A stretch of 64,000 nucleotides of DNA from positions 620,001-684,000 of the forward strand of contig JANHCV010000006.1 in assembly GCA_025594325.1 (NCBI GenBank), given 5' to 3'. This stretch comes from Blastocladiella emersonii ATCC 22665. Its lineage: Eukaryota > Fungi > Blastocladiomycota. The notes below the pieces were generated by a model, which did no database searches, had not been told where the DNA came from, and saw only the letters and a program-made list of their open reading frames with translations. A program made the position numbers and the translations under genes. Of the stretch, positions 23,901 to 34,439 are shown one piece after another (position 1 is the first letter of the stretch; every line of letters starts with the position of its first letter).

Positions 23901-26900
23901 GCCGCGACCACGGCGCCGTCCACCGCCATCGACAAGCAGGAGAAGAAGTCGGGCAAGAAGGAGGCCGACGAGGACGCCGATGATGAGGAGGAGAGCGTGA
24001 CGGACATCATTCTCAACACGATCCCCAACTGGTCGGGCAAGCAGGACCCGCCGCTCGTGACGGCCGAGGACCTCGCCAAGGCCGGCAAGGGCAAGTACAC
24101 GGGCAAGGGCTTCAACCTGCAGTCGGGCCTCCACCTGCGTCTCGAGGGCGCGCTGTGGCAGCCGCTCAACCTCGACGGCGCGTCCGTCAAGGGCGTGCTG
24201 CAGCTCGGCGAGGTGTTCGCGGTCCACGCGCCGCTCCCATCCTTCAAAGTTGGCGAAAGCCTTAAGTTCGACACCAACAAGCTCATGCTGACGCGTACCG
24301 ACATCGACGTCTCGGTCGCCACCACGATCCACGCGAACGGCAAGCCGTGGGCCCGCTTCACGGGCTCGCTCTTCGCGACGTTCGGCGCGTCGCCGCTCGC
24401 GTTCAGCGTCGACGTGCGCCTCGAGCCCGCCGCCGCGAAGGCGTGGATCGCGCTCGGCGAGCTCATCGACTTTCTGCGCAGCATCTACCTCAAGGGCCTC
24501 CGCCTCGGCATCGATTTCGGCGGCCAGTCCAAGGCGTCCGTGTCCTTTATGGGCGGGCTCAAGATCCACGACCCCGCCATATCGTTCCCCGTCGTCGGCG
24601 CCGTGTCGCTCAAGCTGCCGCCACTCAAGTTCTTCTACCTGCTCGCGCGCGACGTGTCGTTCACGGGCCTCCTTGCGCCATTCGTCGGCGCCAACAGCGC
24701 GATCCTGCGCGGCTTCGCGTGGGTCGAGCAGCTGCTGCCCGGGATCAAGCACCTCGAGGTCTTCTACAAGATCGACCCGACCATTCACGCCGATCCCGAC
24801 GCGCTGCCCGACGTGAGCGACGGCGACGCGGTCGCGGGCCGCATGCGCCAGCTGCTCATCGAGACGCACGCGCTCGAGAAGGGCAGCGTCGCGATTGCCG
24901 CGCGGTGCGACATGTCGTGGTTCGGCATGCGCGCCAAGATCGAGGGCATCGCCGTGGCCACGGGCATCCATCTCGACGGCTCCGCGTCGCTTCTGTCGCC
25001 GCCGACGGCGCTCATCGACCTCAACGCGTCGCTCTCGTCGGTCAAGTGGCTCGGCGGCCGCTTCATCCTCGCCGGCAGCAGAAACGACCTCGCCACGGAC
25101 ATGGCGTGCGTCTTCAAGCTCGACACGGTCAAGGGCCTGCTTGAGCTCGACTTCCAGGCGTACATGCACATCAACCTGTTCGCCAAGCTCACGGTCGAGT
25201 GCCGCGCGCAGTTCAAGCGCAACCCGAAGACAGGCAAGCCGCGGTTCACGCTCGAGGCGACCATCGCGCTCGCGGGGACGCGGTCCGCCGTGTGCCTCAG
25301 CGGCTTCTTCCTCGTCGGGTTCCAGCCGCTCGTCCCGCCCTCGGTCCAGCCCATGGTCGAGGAATCGTTCCCCGCGACGCGCCTGCTCATGCTCCCGTCC
25401 GAGATCGGGCTCAACCTGCGCCTGTTCGGCGCGACCAAGAACGTCGACGGCACGCTCAGCTCGGCGGGCGTCGTCGAGTGTCTCTTCGGCGTGCTTGGGG
25501 AGTCGCTCAAGGGCTTCGTCGAGACGAGCCAGGCGACGATTCGCGCCGCCGAGGCCAGCCTCAAGGAGAAGGAGCGCGACCTCGGCCTCCTCGCCGTGAT
25601 CGGCGGCGCGTTCCTCAAGGCCACCTAGTTCATTGTCGACCTCGCGGGCAAGGCCGTCAGCTTCGGCACCTCGCTCCTCAAGAAGCTCACGACGGGCCTC
25701 ATCGACGTGCACTCGCTCCACTTTGGCGGCGGCATCAAGGTGGACGTGACTAACGGGAGCGCCGGTGCGCACGCGTACCTCAACGTGCACGCCGTGATCC
25801 TCGGCACCGAGTTCAAGTTCGGCCTGATGCTCTTGATCGAGGGCAACTTCCTGCGCCTCATCGCCGACGTGTTCGTCGCGCTCCTCGCCGACGTGTTCGT
25901 CGCGCTCCTCGCCGTCGACTACAGCGGCACGACGAACGCGTCGCTCTCGGTTGGCCCGTACTACCCGTGGGTCGACGGCGAGGTGTCGACGGTGCCCGAG
26001 GCGCCCAAGGTCCACACCGAGCCGGGCTCGCGCGTGCCGATGCTGCCCAACAGCGCAACCAAGGAGGAAATGGCCATCGCCGCCGAGATCCGCAAGGAGC
26101 TGCAGGAGCTGACCGAGGCCATGGCGAGCCACCCGCCAACGCCATCGACCAGCGCCCCAACCACAGCGCGCTGCCCGACGTGCGCCCAGGACATTCCGGC
26201 CACTAGCTCGGCCGTCGACGCGCACTCGGCCGTGTGCCCCAAGTCGCTCGTGCGCTGCGTGGCGTGCGACACCATGATCGCGCGCGACGCCATCTACGCG
26301 CACCGCACGAACGGGTGCAAGGAGCTGGCCAAGCTCGAGGAGCGCCAGCGCACGCCGTGCCCGCACTGCGCCGCCCAGGTTCTCGACGTTAACTACCACC
26401 TCAAGGTCGAGTGCACGCGTGTCGAGACGGCGACCGAGAAGTGCGCCAAGGCTGGGTGCGGCGCTATCTTGCCCGTCGGGTCCATGGACGCCCATCTCAA
26501 GTTCGTGTGCGACAAGAACACGGTCGCGTGCACGTACTGCCGCGCCCCGGTCATCGCGCGCAACCGCGAGACCCACGAGTCGTACGAGTGCCCGCGCCGC
26601 GACATCAAGTGCACGCGGTGCGCTGAGATGGTGCCGTACGTCGAGGGCGACACGGTCGAGGCGCGGCTGCAGCGCCATGCCCGCAAGGCGTGCTGGACGA
26701 CGTGCCCGCGCTGCACCGGTATCTACCTTCGCACCAGCGAGGAGGCGCACCGCCGCGATTGCCGGCCGTCAGTCCCGTGCAACGTGCCCGACTGCGCCCG
26801 CCAGCTGTTCAAGACCCGTATCCTGCCCAACGTGTACAGCGGCCGGTGCCGGTTCTGCGACACGTCGCTGCCCGACGACGAGGCCCTCGTCGCGCACCTC

Positions 26901-29312
26901 CGCACCTGCGCCAAGGCCCTGCTCGCGCCCGCGACCAGCAACGCGTGCGGCGCCATTTCGCTGCACCACGGCCCCGACGGCTTGACGCCCAAGGTCGTGC
27001 TGCCCGCCGGTAACTGCGCCAGCGGTGACAAGCCCGCGGCACTGGCGGACCGCGACCGCGCGGTCGTGACCATCGCCGAGACGGTCGCCGTGCCGTGCCC
27101 GCGCTGCTGCGGCGATTCGGTCACGTCGTGGAGCGCCCTCGGTGCCCACTTCGACACCTGCTCGCGCTTCGAACGCCGCTGCCCGACACCCGGTTGCGGC
27201 GTGCTCGTCACCGGCGGCGCCAAGGACGCGATGCTCGCGCACCTGCTCACGGCGTGCCCCAACTCGACCCTCACGCTGCCGTGCCCGTCGCCCGATTGCG
27301 CGGCCGTGGTGCCGGCCAAGGACCTCAACGCGCACCTGCTGCTCGAGTGCGTGACCAAGGTCGTGCGATGCCCGCACTGCAGCGAGGACGTGGTCGGCGG
27401 TCTCGTCCGCCACCTCAACCAGGACTGCATCACCTTCCGCGTCACCTGTTCGATCGACGGTTGCCCCGCGCCCGAGTACGTCAAGATGGACGAGTTCGAG
27501 CACCTTGCCACGCACCACATCATCCTGCCGCCGCTGATGCCGCCCGTCAACACCGACGCGATCGTGGGCCATGAACTCGATCTCGGCAACGACCCGGCGC
27601 GCGCGCTGTCGTCCGAACTCGCGCGGCTGGGCATGGATCCGTCGCACCCGCTGTACCTCGAGGCCGTCAACCGCCTCGTCACGGGCTCGCTGCTCGTTCG
27701 CGAGCCGGCGACCGTCGGCCTGCCCTGCCGCAACCTGTGCGGCCACTCGTTCGACGCGCCGCACGAGGAAGCACTGCACGTCGCGTTCAAGTGCTCGCTC
27801 AGCATCATCCAGTGCCCGCTCCCGAACTGCGACATTGCGTACGCGCCGGGCGCGCACCACATCCACGCCGTGACCGAGTGCATCGATGCGCGCGTGCCGT
27901 GCGCGCAGTCGTGCCCCGCCGCCAAGGCCGATGAGGTCCCGCTCCTCATGACAACGCACCACGCCGTTGTCGAGTGCGCCTCGGCCCCCGCCGCGTGCTG
28001 GTTCTGCACCGAGCGCGTTCCCCGCGCCGACCTCGCGCGCCACATCGAGACGGCGTGCACGCAGCGCCACGCGCTCGGGCGGTGCGACCAGTGTGCGACC
28101 ACGTTCCCGCGCCACCAGCTGGCCAAGCATCTGCTCACGGGCTGCTCTGCGCGCCGCGTCCTGTGCGGCGTCGGGTCGTGCTCCAAGATGGTCGCGTCCG
28201 CTGACCTCGTCGATCACTGGCTCCACGAGTGTGAGTCGTCGCTCCGCGGGACCACGGCGTCGCTGCCGGCGTGCACGCGGTGCAAGGCGGGCAGCTTCGC
28301 GTCGTACCGCGACTGGCTCGTCCACCTCGTCAGCGGCGACTGCAAGCCGCCGGCCAAGTCGCACACGTGCGGCACTTCGACCTCGACAACCATGATCACG
28401 TTCTCGCTCGCTGGTGCCTCGGACGCCGTCCTCGTGCCGTGCCCGATGCGTTGTGACACGCCAGCAATGCCGCTCGGCCGCCTCATGGAGCACTTTGTCG
28501 TTGGCTCGATCAAGCACCCGCCGTGCAAGAAGCTCGACGTCGACCTGCCGTGCCCCAACTCGCGCGCCGGGTGCACCGTCACGGTCAAGCGCTGGGCAGC
28601 GCAGCACCACTTGCAGCACGAATGCAACTTCCACCAGATCCGGTGCCCGATGTGCGACGAGCAGATCAACTCGCTCGACCTGCCCAACCACTGCGCGCTC
28701 GAGTGCCCCAAGCGGTACACGCTGCGCGTCATGTCCAAGGGCTTCAACGACCGCGAGATGAAGGCCGGCGACGCGTCGGTCGCGCTCAACGGCGTCAAGA
28801 TCGTCGACCTCGAGACGCAGGTCGACCCGACGCGCTGGCTGTGCCGCGGCCTGCACATTGTCGTCATCGACAACCTCGGCGGCGGGCCCAACCAGCCGCC
28901 GACGATCCTGCACTGGATGTTCGACACGCACGCCGACGTGCGCGCGGCGTGGCAGATCCACCACAACGACCCGACGCACAAGAACCTGACCAGCACCGTG
29001 TGGACCAAGCCGCTCGTCGAGACGCTCAGCGGGCTCGTTGACGCGACGGCGCCCGTGTACCGCGTCATCGCCATGGCCGTCTACGACGAGGCGTCGCGAA
29101 ACCTGACCGACGTGGAGCGCGCCGCCATCCACGCCATGATCGGCGGGCCGCGCAACGAGATCAAGAAGATCGGTATGCGCGAGAGCTACGTTGCCGCGAT
29201 GCAGCTGCGCCCCGCCGGCGACGGGACGCTGGCGCGCGCCCATCTCGGCGAGGCGCGCGGACCCGTCGGGTCAAGCGTCACGATGGAGGGGAACGTGCCG
29301 TGGGCTATGTAG
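17908..29312 (+). CDS. Giant (~3,710 codons) protein: low-complexity N-terminus, long beta-rich region with acidic/Lys/Ser insertions, ~22 TRAF-type zinc-finger units, C-terminal ILEI/PANDER-like domain; one in-frame TAG at 25626-25628
   Basis: Exons 17908-18297, 18361-18507, 18577-18660, 18733-18816 and 18882-29312, all phase-0 GT-AG junctions. ORFs 19074-25628 and 25707-29312 are in the same frame (78 nt apart) with uniform codon bias. Repeated CxxC-x(10-16)-H-x(3-5)-C motifs occupy about 26170-28710. Confidence 0.85.
18480..18881 (+). repeat. Three tandem exon+intron units (~150 bp each)
   Basis: Each exon ends GACGCGTCCAAG(G/A)AC(A/G)CCAAG|GTA. The introns (69, 72 and 65 nt) share GCTC(T)CCGCT...CGCGCG...CTCACA...GC(G)CAG/TAG. 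Exons 3 and 4 are both 84 nt. Confidence 0.9.
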
Positions 29313-29369
29313 AGACCGGGAAGAGCATGACAAAGAGTTGTTTCTGAATGCAGTTTGTATTGCCTTGGC

Positions 29370-31580
29370 CTACAAACGAGTGGATGGAAGTGAGGCAGAG
29401 ACGGTGCACGTGGGTGGCGCGGCGCGTCCCTTACATCGAAAGCGAGGCGAAATCAAACGAGACGGACGAGGATCCGATCGGCGCAACACGTTTGAGCTCG
29501 GCAATACACTCGGTGCGCGACGCACGCGTGCACGTTTGAGCCGCGCGAACAACCCAAGCGGTGTTGCGGATGATGTCCTGACGCTATCATTGCGAGAGCT
29601 GTTCACGACACACTCGGCGCGGAAGTCGTACCCGAGCATATCCACGATCGAGCGCATGTAGTCGGGGAAGCGCTCGTACGCAAAGGTAAAGACGGCCTTC
29701 GGGCTTGAATGTTTAACTCGCAGAGACTCGCGGAAGGCTATGCAGTAGGGGGCGAACACGAATCAGCTGCGTATCGCGCTCGAACGTCACCATTGCAAAC
29801 GTACCAGCGCCAATCACGTCCAGCTGCCGCGGACCGGCGCGTGTCAAGACTTCTTCTGTCAGTGCTTTGTGATCGCAGCTGTTGTCACCGAGTGCGCGAA
29901 CCAGGACCCCCGCCAGAGTGTTCACGTTAAGCAATTTCATTCGCTCGAGTTGGCCGAGCAGATCAACGGGAAGATAACTCTTTCGAGCCCGCACAACGAA
30001 CTTCGCACGATGTTTGTTTGTTGATTTGACGAGCAGGAAGTTTGGACAATCGGTCAGCAAGCTGTCGAGGGCAGCACGCACAGTTGGCTTCCCGAGATAC
30101 TTGAACAACCCTGCCGCGAAGAACTGGTCAAGAACTGCCGGCGCGAAGCGGACGAGCCAACTGAAGGTGCGCGATACGTCCATGGCAGTTGTGGGCACCC
30201 GGGGAAAGAAACTGCTAAGGGCTTGGGTGAGGTCGACGGCTAGTTTCGAGAGGCTTGGAAGTAGTAAACCCGTGTCAACAACGAGACCCAGATCAGACGC
30301 GGCCTCGAGGAACCCAGGCTTCCACCGGACGATTGCGGAGAGGAGGATTAGTCGAGCAGGTTCAACAGGAACCGGCGGTCGCTCCAGGGAGGGTGCTGGA
30401 TCGCGTGCCAGTCAAGTCGTTTGAGCTTGAGCAAAGCGGGTGCTCGCCTGACCGTATTCTCAAGTAGCGGCCGAGCCAGCCTGTTATTGCCTATTGCGAC
30501 GGCGGCAAGAAGGAGTTCGGCTTGCGAGAAGGCGGGAGAGTCGAAACAAGTCCGAAAGTGGTGGGCTGACCGCTGGCGGATAGAGGGTGGGACAAAATCG
30601 AGAAATCCTTTTGCTTTATGTAGTCCAGCCTCAATCATGTGGTCAAGAGTCGGCGCGGAGCTGACGATCCACTGCAACGCGCGCAACACGCCATTGGCTG
30701 CTGCCGATTCACGTGGGAAGTAGTATCCGAGTGCACGGTTTAAGTCAATTCTTGTCGAACATATTTCGTCCAGTTCGTTCGTGTCGACGGCCAGCTCGAG
30801 GTCGGTGAAAGCTTCGAGGAATGCAGGCTTCCAAGTGACAATCGCGGTGAGAGCCATGTAGTCGAGCAGACGCGTAGACGGATGGTGACCCACCGCTGGA
30901 GCCCGATCAATCACGTCCCAGGCCAAACGCACGTAGTTTAATAACTCGGGAGCTCGCTTCGTCGTTTCTTCGAGGAGCGAACGGGCTAGCGTGACGTCGG
31001 CAATCGTAACAACAGAGTGGAGAAACTGAGCCTGCGAGTATCTGGGAGAGTCGAGAAATGACCGAAAACGGTGTCCATGGGCGTAAGCTAAAGAGAATGA
31101 GATGTAGTTGCGAACGCGTGGGACAAGGTCAAGGAACCGATTGATTGGAGGGTCGTAACTGCCGACACCCTGGATGAAAAACGTCGTTGAATCTGAAGCG
31201 CGATTAGTGCGAGCGGCATGTATGCATTCAAGGAGCATGTCCGAGACTGCACGGTAAAACGAAGTTCCAGGGCGATTGGCCAAGTCCGCCTTATTCCGAA
31301 GGTACTCGTCAAGATCCGTGCCCGCACCCCCGTCTGTCCGAGGTGGTGCCCGCGCCACTGCGTCGCGAAGCCATGGTGTCAGGCGGCGGCGGTTCCAGTC
31401 GCGCGTTGCTGCCTGGTTATACACTGTGTACTAAAGCTCGCGGGCCGAAGCGGGCAGGCAATCTCGGAGCTCCACGAGCCGTGCGATGACCACAAACAGC
31501 TCGCTTGGAATGTTGGCCAAACCGAACTGCTCATCACCAAGTTATCTTACCGTTCTCTCATCCTTGTGGTCCAATTGCAT
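29370..31580 (-). pseudogene. F-box-like lineage-specific protein, paralog A, with an internally duplicated ~130-aa domain
   Basis: LANIPSELFVVIARL, then an in-frame TAG (31431-31433) and a frameshift at about 30345 (LLD*...LSAIVRWKPGFLEAA resumes in another frame). An intron near 29790-29725 is at the same position as in paralog B. Confidence 0.7.
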
Positions 31581-31808
31581 CAAGCCTTTCTTCATGTTGG
31601 GCGGTCCTTTGATTCATCGCAGAGGTGGAGGAACCGGAGTCATAAGTGCGAGCCGAACAAACGAATTCAAGGCACTGCATTCCTCATAATCCCCACGGTC
31701 ACATGCTTTTCAGTACGCCACTCGACGCACGCAATCTCGATGATTTCGGGGCTGGGCTCAAATTGTCAGCAGCTGTCGGTTTTGTGTTCCTTGGGGTGAT
31801 GTGTGACG

Positions 31809-34274
31809 TCAGTGGCGCAGCGCGTCGTGTCGCGTTTCGCGTTTGCGATGAACATCACCCTGCACGGCCCCACCATACCGCCCGACGAGTCTCCAGCAAA
31901 CATCTTAGATTCGAAAAATCGTCGTGTACGGTACGAAAATTTGTTATGGCGAAGGAACAGGCTCATTGATACTCTGGTCGCGCCAACTTCACTCACCCAG
32001 GACCCCGCGCGGCGCCACACGAACGAGTTCCGGAATACACTCGAGCTGCGACGAGAGCGTACAAGCTCGAATCGCGCGCTGGACCCACTTGGCGTCGCGA
32101 ACAGCGTCGAGCGCGCCGTCCGGCACTTGGCGCCAGAATCCAGGCAAGGTCGGGTAGCTGTTGGGCGAGATGATGGTAAGAAGCTGGTCGAGGTCCGCAT
32201 CGATGAGGATGCGGATCAGCTCAAGCTCGCTGGTGCCAAAGTTGTGCTTCTGGCGCGCTCGCGACAGATGAGATGTAGAGCTGTTGCGGAAGCGGCCGCC
32301 GATTTCGCGATGGACAATCTGCTGAATCGCTCACGCAGCAGCTTCCGAGAGCTGACCAAGGCCATGGATCAAGTCCAAGAGGTCCGCGATTGTCATGAGC
32401 GAAGCAGCTTGGTCAGCGAGAGGGCAATGAACGCACGTTTGCTCGCCGCTCGAGCTGACTGCGAGCGATACGCGAGCCTGACGCGCCGTAGCCTGGAAAC
32501 GCCCCTCGATCATGGTAGCCAAAAGCTTTGGGGCAAGTCCCGAGTTCGCCTCGACCAGATTCATCGCGGCTACTCGAGTTGCCGGATCTTGGAAAGCAGC
32601 AACGATAGTCCAGTGAGCTGAAGTGCAATGATGACTGAGCGCTAAAGGCAAGCGCTGGACAAAGGCAACTGCGAGTCGGAATAGCCTCGACGAGTTGCGT
32701 GAGCTCGGACGGAAGATGCTATCGAAGCGCGGCTGCCAGGCGGGTAGAAGGCCCATCGGAGTGGTGCCGCTGGGATAGTTTTCTCCGACATAGATGCATC
32801 GCGCAAGCTCGTCCATGATTGACGGCATTTCGCTGGGGAACCGATCGTAGGCAAATTCAAGCACGGTCGATGCGTTGACTGTGAAGCTGTCCTCGTGAGT
32901 GAGCTTGAAAGTGAGCCGAAATGCTACGAGGGAGGCAAAATGGAAGGAATTAGTTTCTGTTAGGTCAAGCACTCAGTGTGCCGAAGTACCAGAGACAACA
33001 ACGTCCAGGCAACGCGGGCCAGCCCATGCAACAATTTCCTCGCGGAGATCGAGCATCGACTCGTTGGTGCGACCTTGAAGCGCATGGACCAAAGCAAATG
33101 CGAGGGTTCTCACGTCGAGGAAGCGCATCTTAGAAAGCAGTCCGAGGAGGTCCACGTCAAAATCTTTCCGCCGGGCCAGCACCACAAGGTGCGCGCGGTT
33201 TTGCTCCGAGGCCAAGGCCAGCAAAGCGGCTGGGTCGAGCGAAAGCACTTGGCCGAGTGCAAAATCCAGATCGGACCGTTCGAGAAGCTTGAACAAGTTG
33301 GACTCGATCATACAGCCCAGCAACATCGGCGCAAACTGGACCAGCCAAACAAGCGTACGCGAGACTCGAGGGGCCGCCGTAGCTTCCTGCGGGAATAGAA
33401 GATCGAGAGTATCCGCGAGATTGAGCATTAACGAGAACAGCCGAAAGAGCAGTGACACATTGATGTTGAGGCCTGCATCGGTGGCGCATTCGAGAAAGCC
33501 CGGATTCCAGTGGACGATCGCGAGGAAGGCTGCGTAATCGAGCAAGCTCAGCAGCGGGAAGGAGACCATAAGTTTGGCCCGGAAAAACTGGTCCCAGTCT
33601 GAACGCTGGAGGCCGAGAAGCTCGGGTGCGCGATTGAACGTGTCCTGCACGACCCAGTACGCTGCCGTCGCGTCGCCTTTGACGACCGCGGCGAGGAGAA
33701 GCTGGACTTGCGAGACGGCGGGGAAGTCGAGACACGATTGAAGGTGACGCGTGGAGCCGGAGCCGAAACGACGAGGCCCTCGTGTGGCAACTCGAGCGGG
33801 AACAACGAGAGCATTGCTCTGCGCCGGGACCGCGGAAGTCCGCGCTGAGCTGCGACGACGACCAGGCTTCATGAGATCGAGAAAGACGCTCGACGCCGCG
33901 CGGTAAAAGTTTTGGCCAGCGTCACAGAATGAGCGTTTGTGAACAGGCTGGAGGTACGCGTCGAGGTCCGTGAAGGGAAGGGCGCGCCGAGACAAGTCAA
34001 CTCTCCCGACACGGTCTTGAAGCCATGGCCTCAGGCGTCGGCGATTCCAGACCCGAGCCACACTTTGATCGAGAGCCGTTTCATAGATGGCGCGAGTCGA
34101 AGTCGGCAGACAATCGCATTCGCATTCGCAATCGTAGGGCACCGTGAGCTGCAAGACCGCGACGAGCAGCTCGAACGGGACGTCGGCGAGGCAAACCTCA
34201 GAGACGTGATTGCCGCTCGTACGACGCGCGTAGTGCATCAGGTCATGATTCATGGCAAGTGGAATGTGATACAT
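31809..34274 (-). CDS. F-box-like lineage-specific protein, paralog B (3' part probably disrupted; 3' boundary approximate)
   Basis: LADVPFELLVAVLQL; WNRRRLRPWLQDRV matches paralog A WNRRRLTPWLRDAV. A stop-containing GT-AG intron near 32990-32925 joins ORFs 32973-34355 and 32331-32972 (EFAYDRFP versus TFAYERFP). Confidence 0.65.
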
Positions 34275-34439
34275 GGTGAGTGAGCGGTGGGAGCGCTGGC
34301 TCGTTCCGCAGCGCCGCGCGCCCTTCGGCCGAGTCGAACCGCACGCGTTGGTCACACGATTTCTCGTCGCGTCTCACGGCTTTCCCTCAGCTTTCGCATC
34401 ACAAAGGAGAGAGGGACAACCTCAATCCATTACGACCAA

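Noticed and set aside
31803-32621. 272-aa plus-strand ORF as a separate gene
   Set aside because: The minus strand here reads as the continuation of F-box paralog B (…ELELIRILIDADLDQLLTII…), so the plus ORF is probably antisense.
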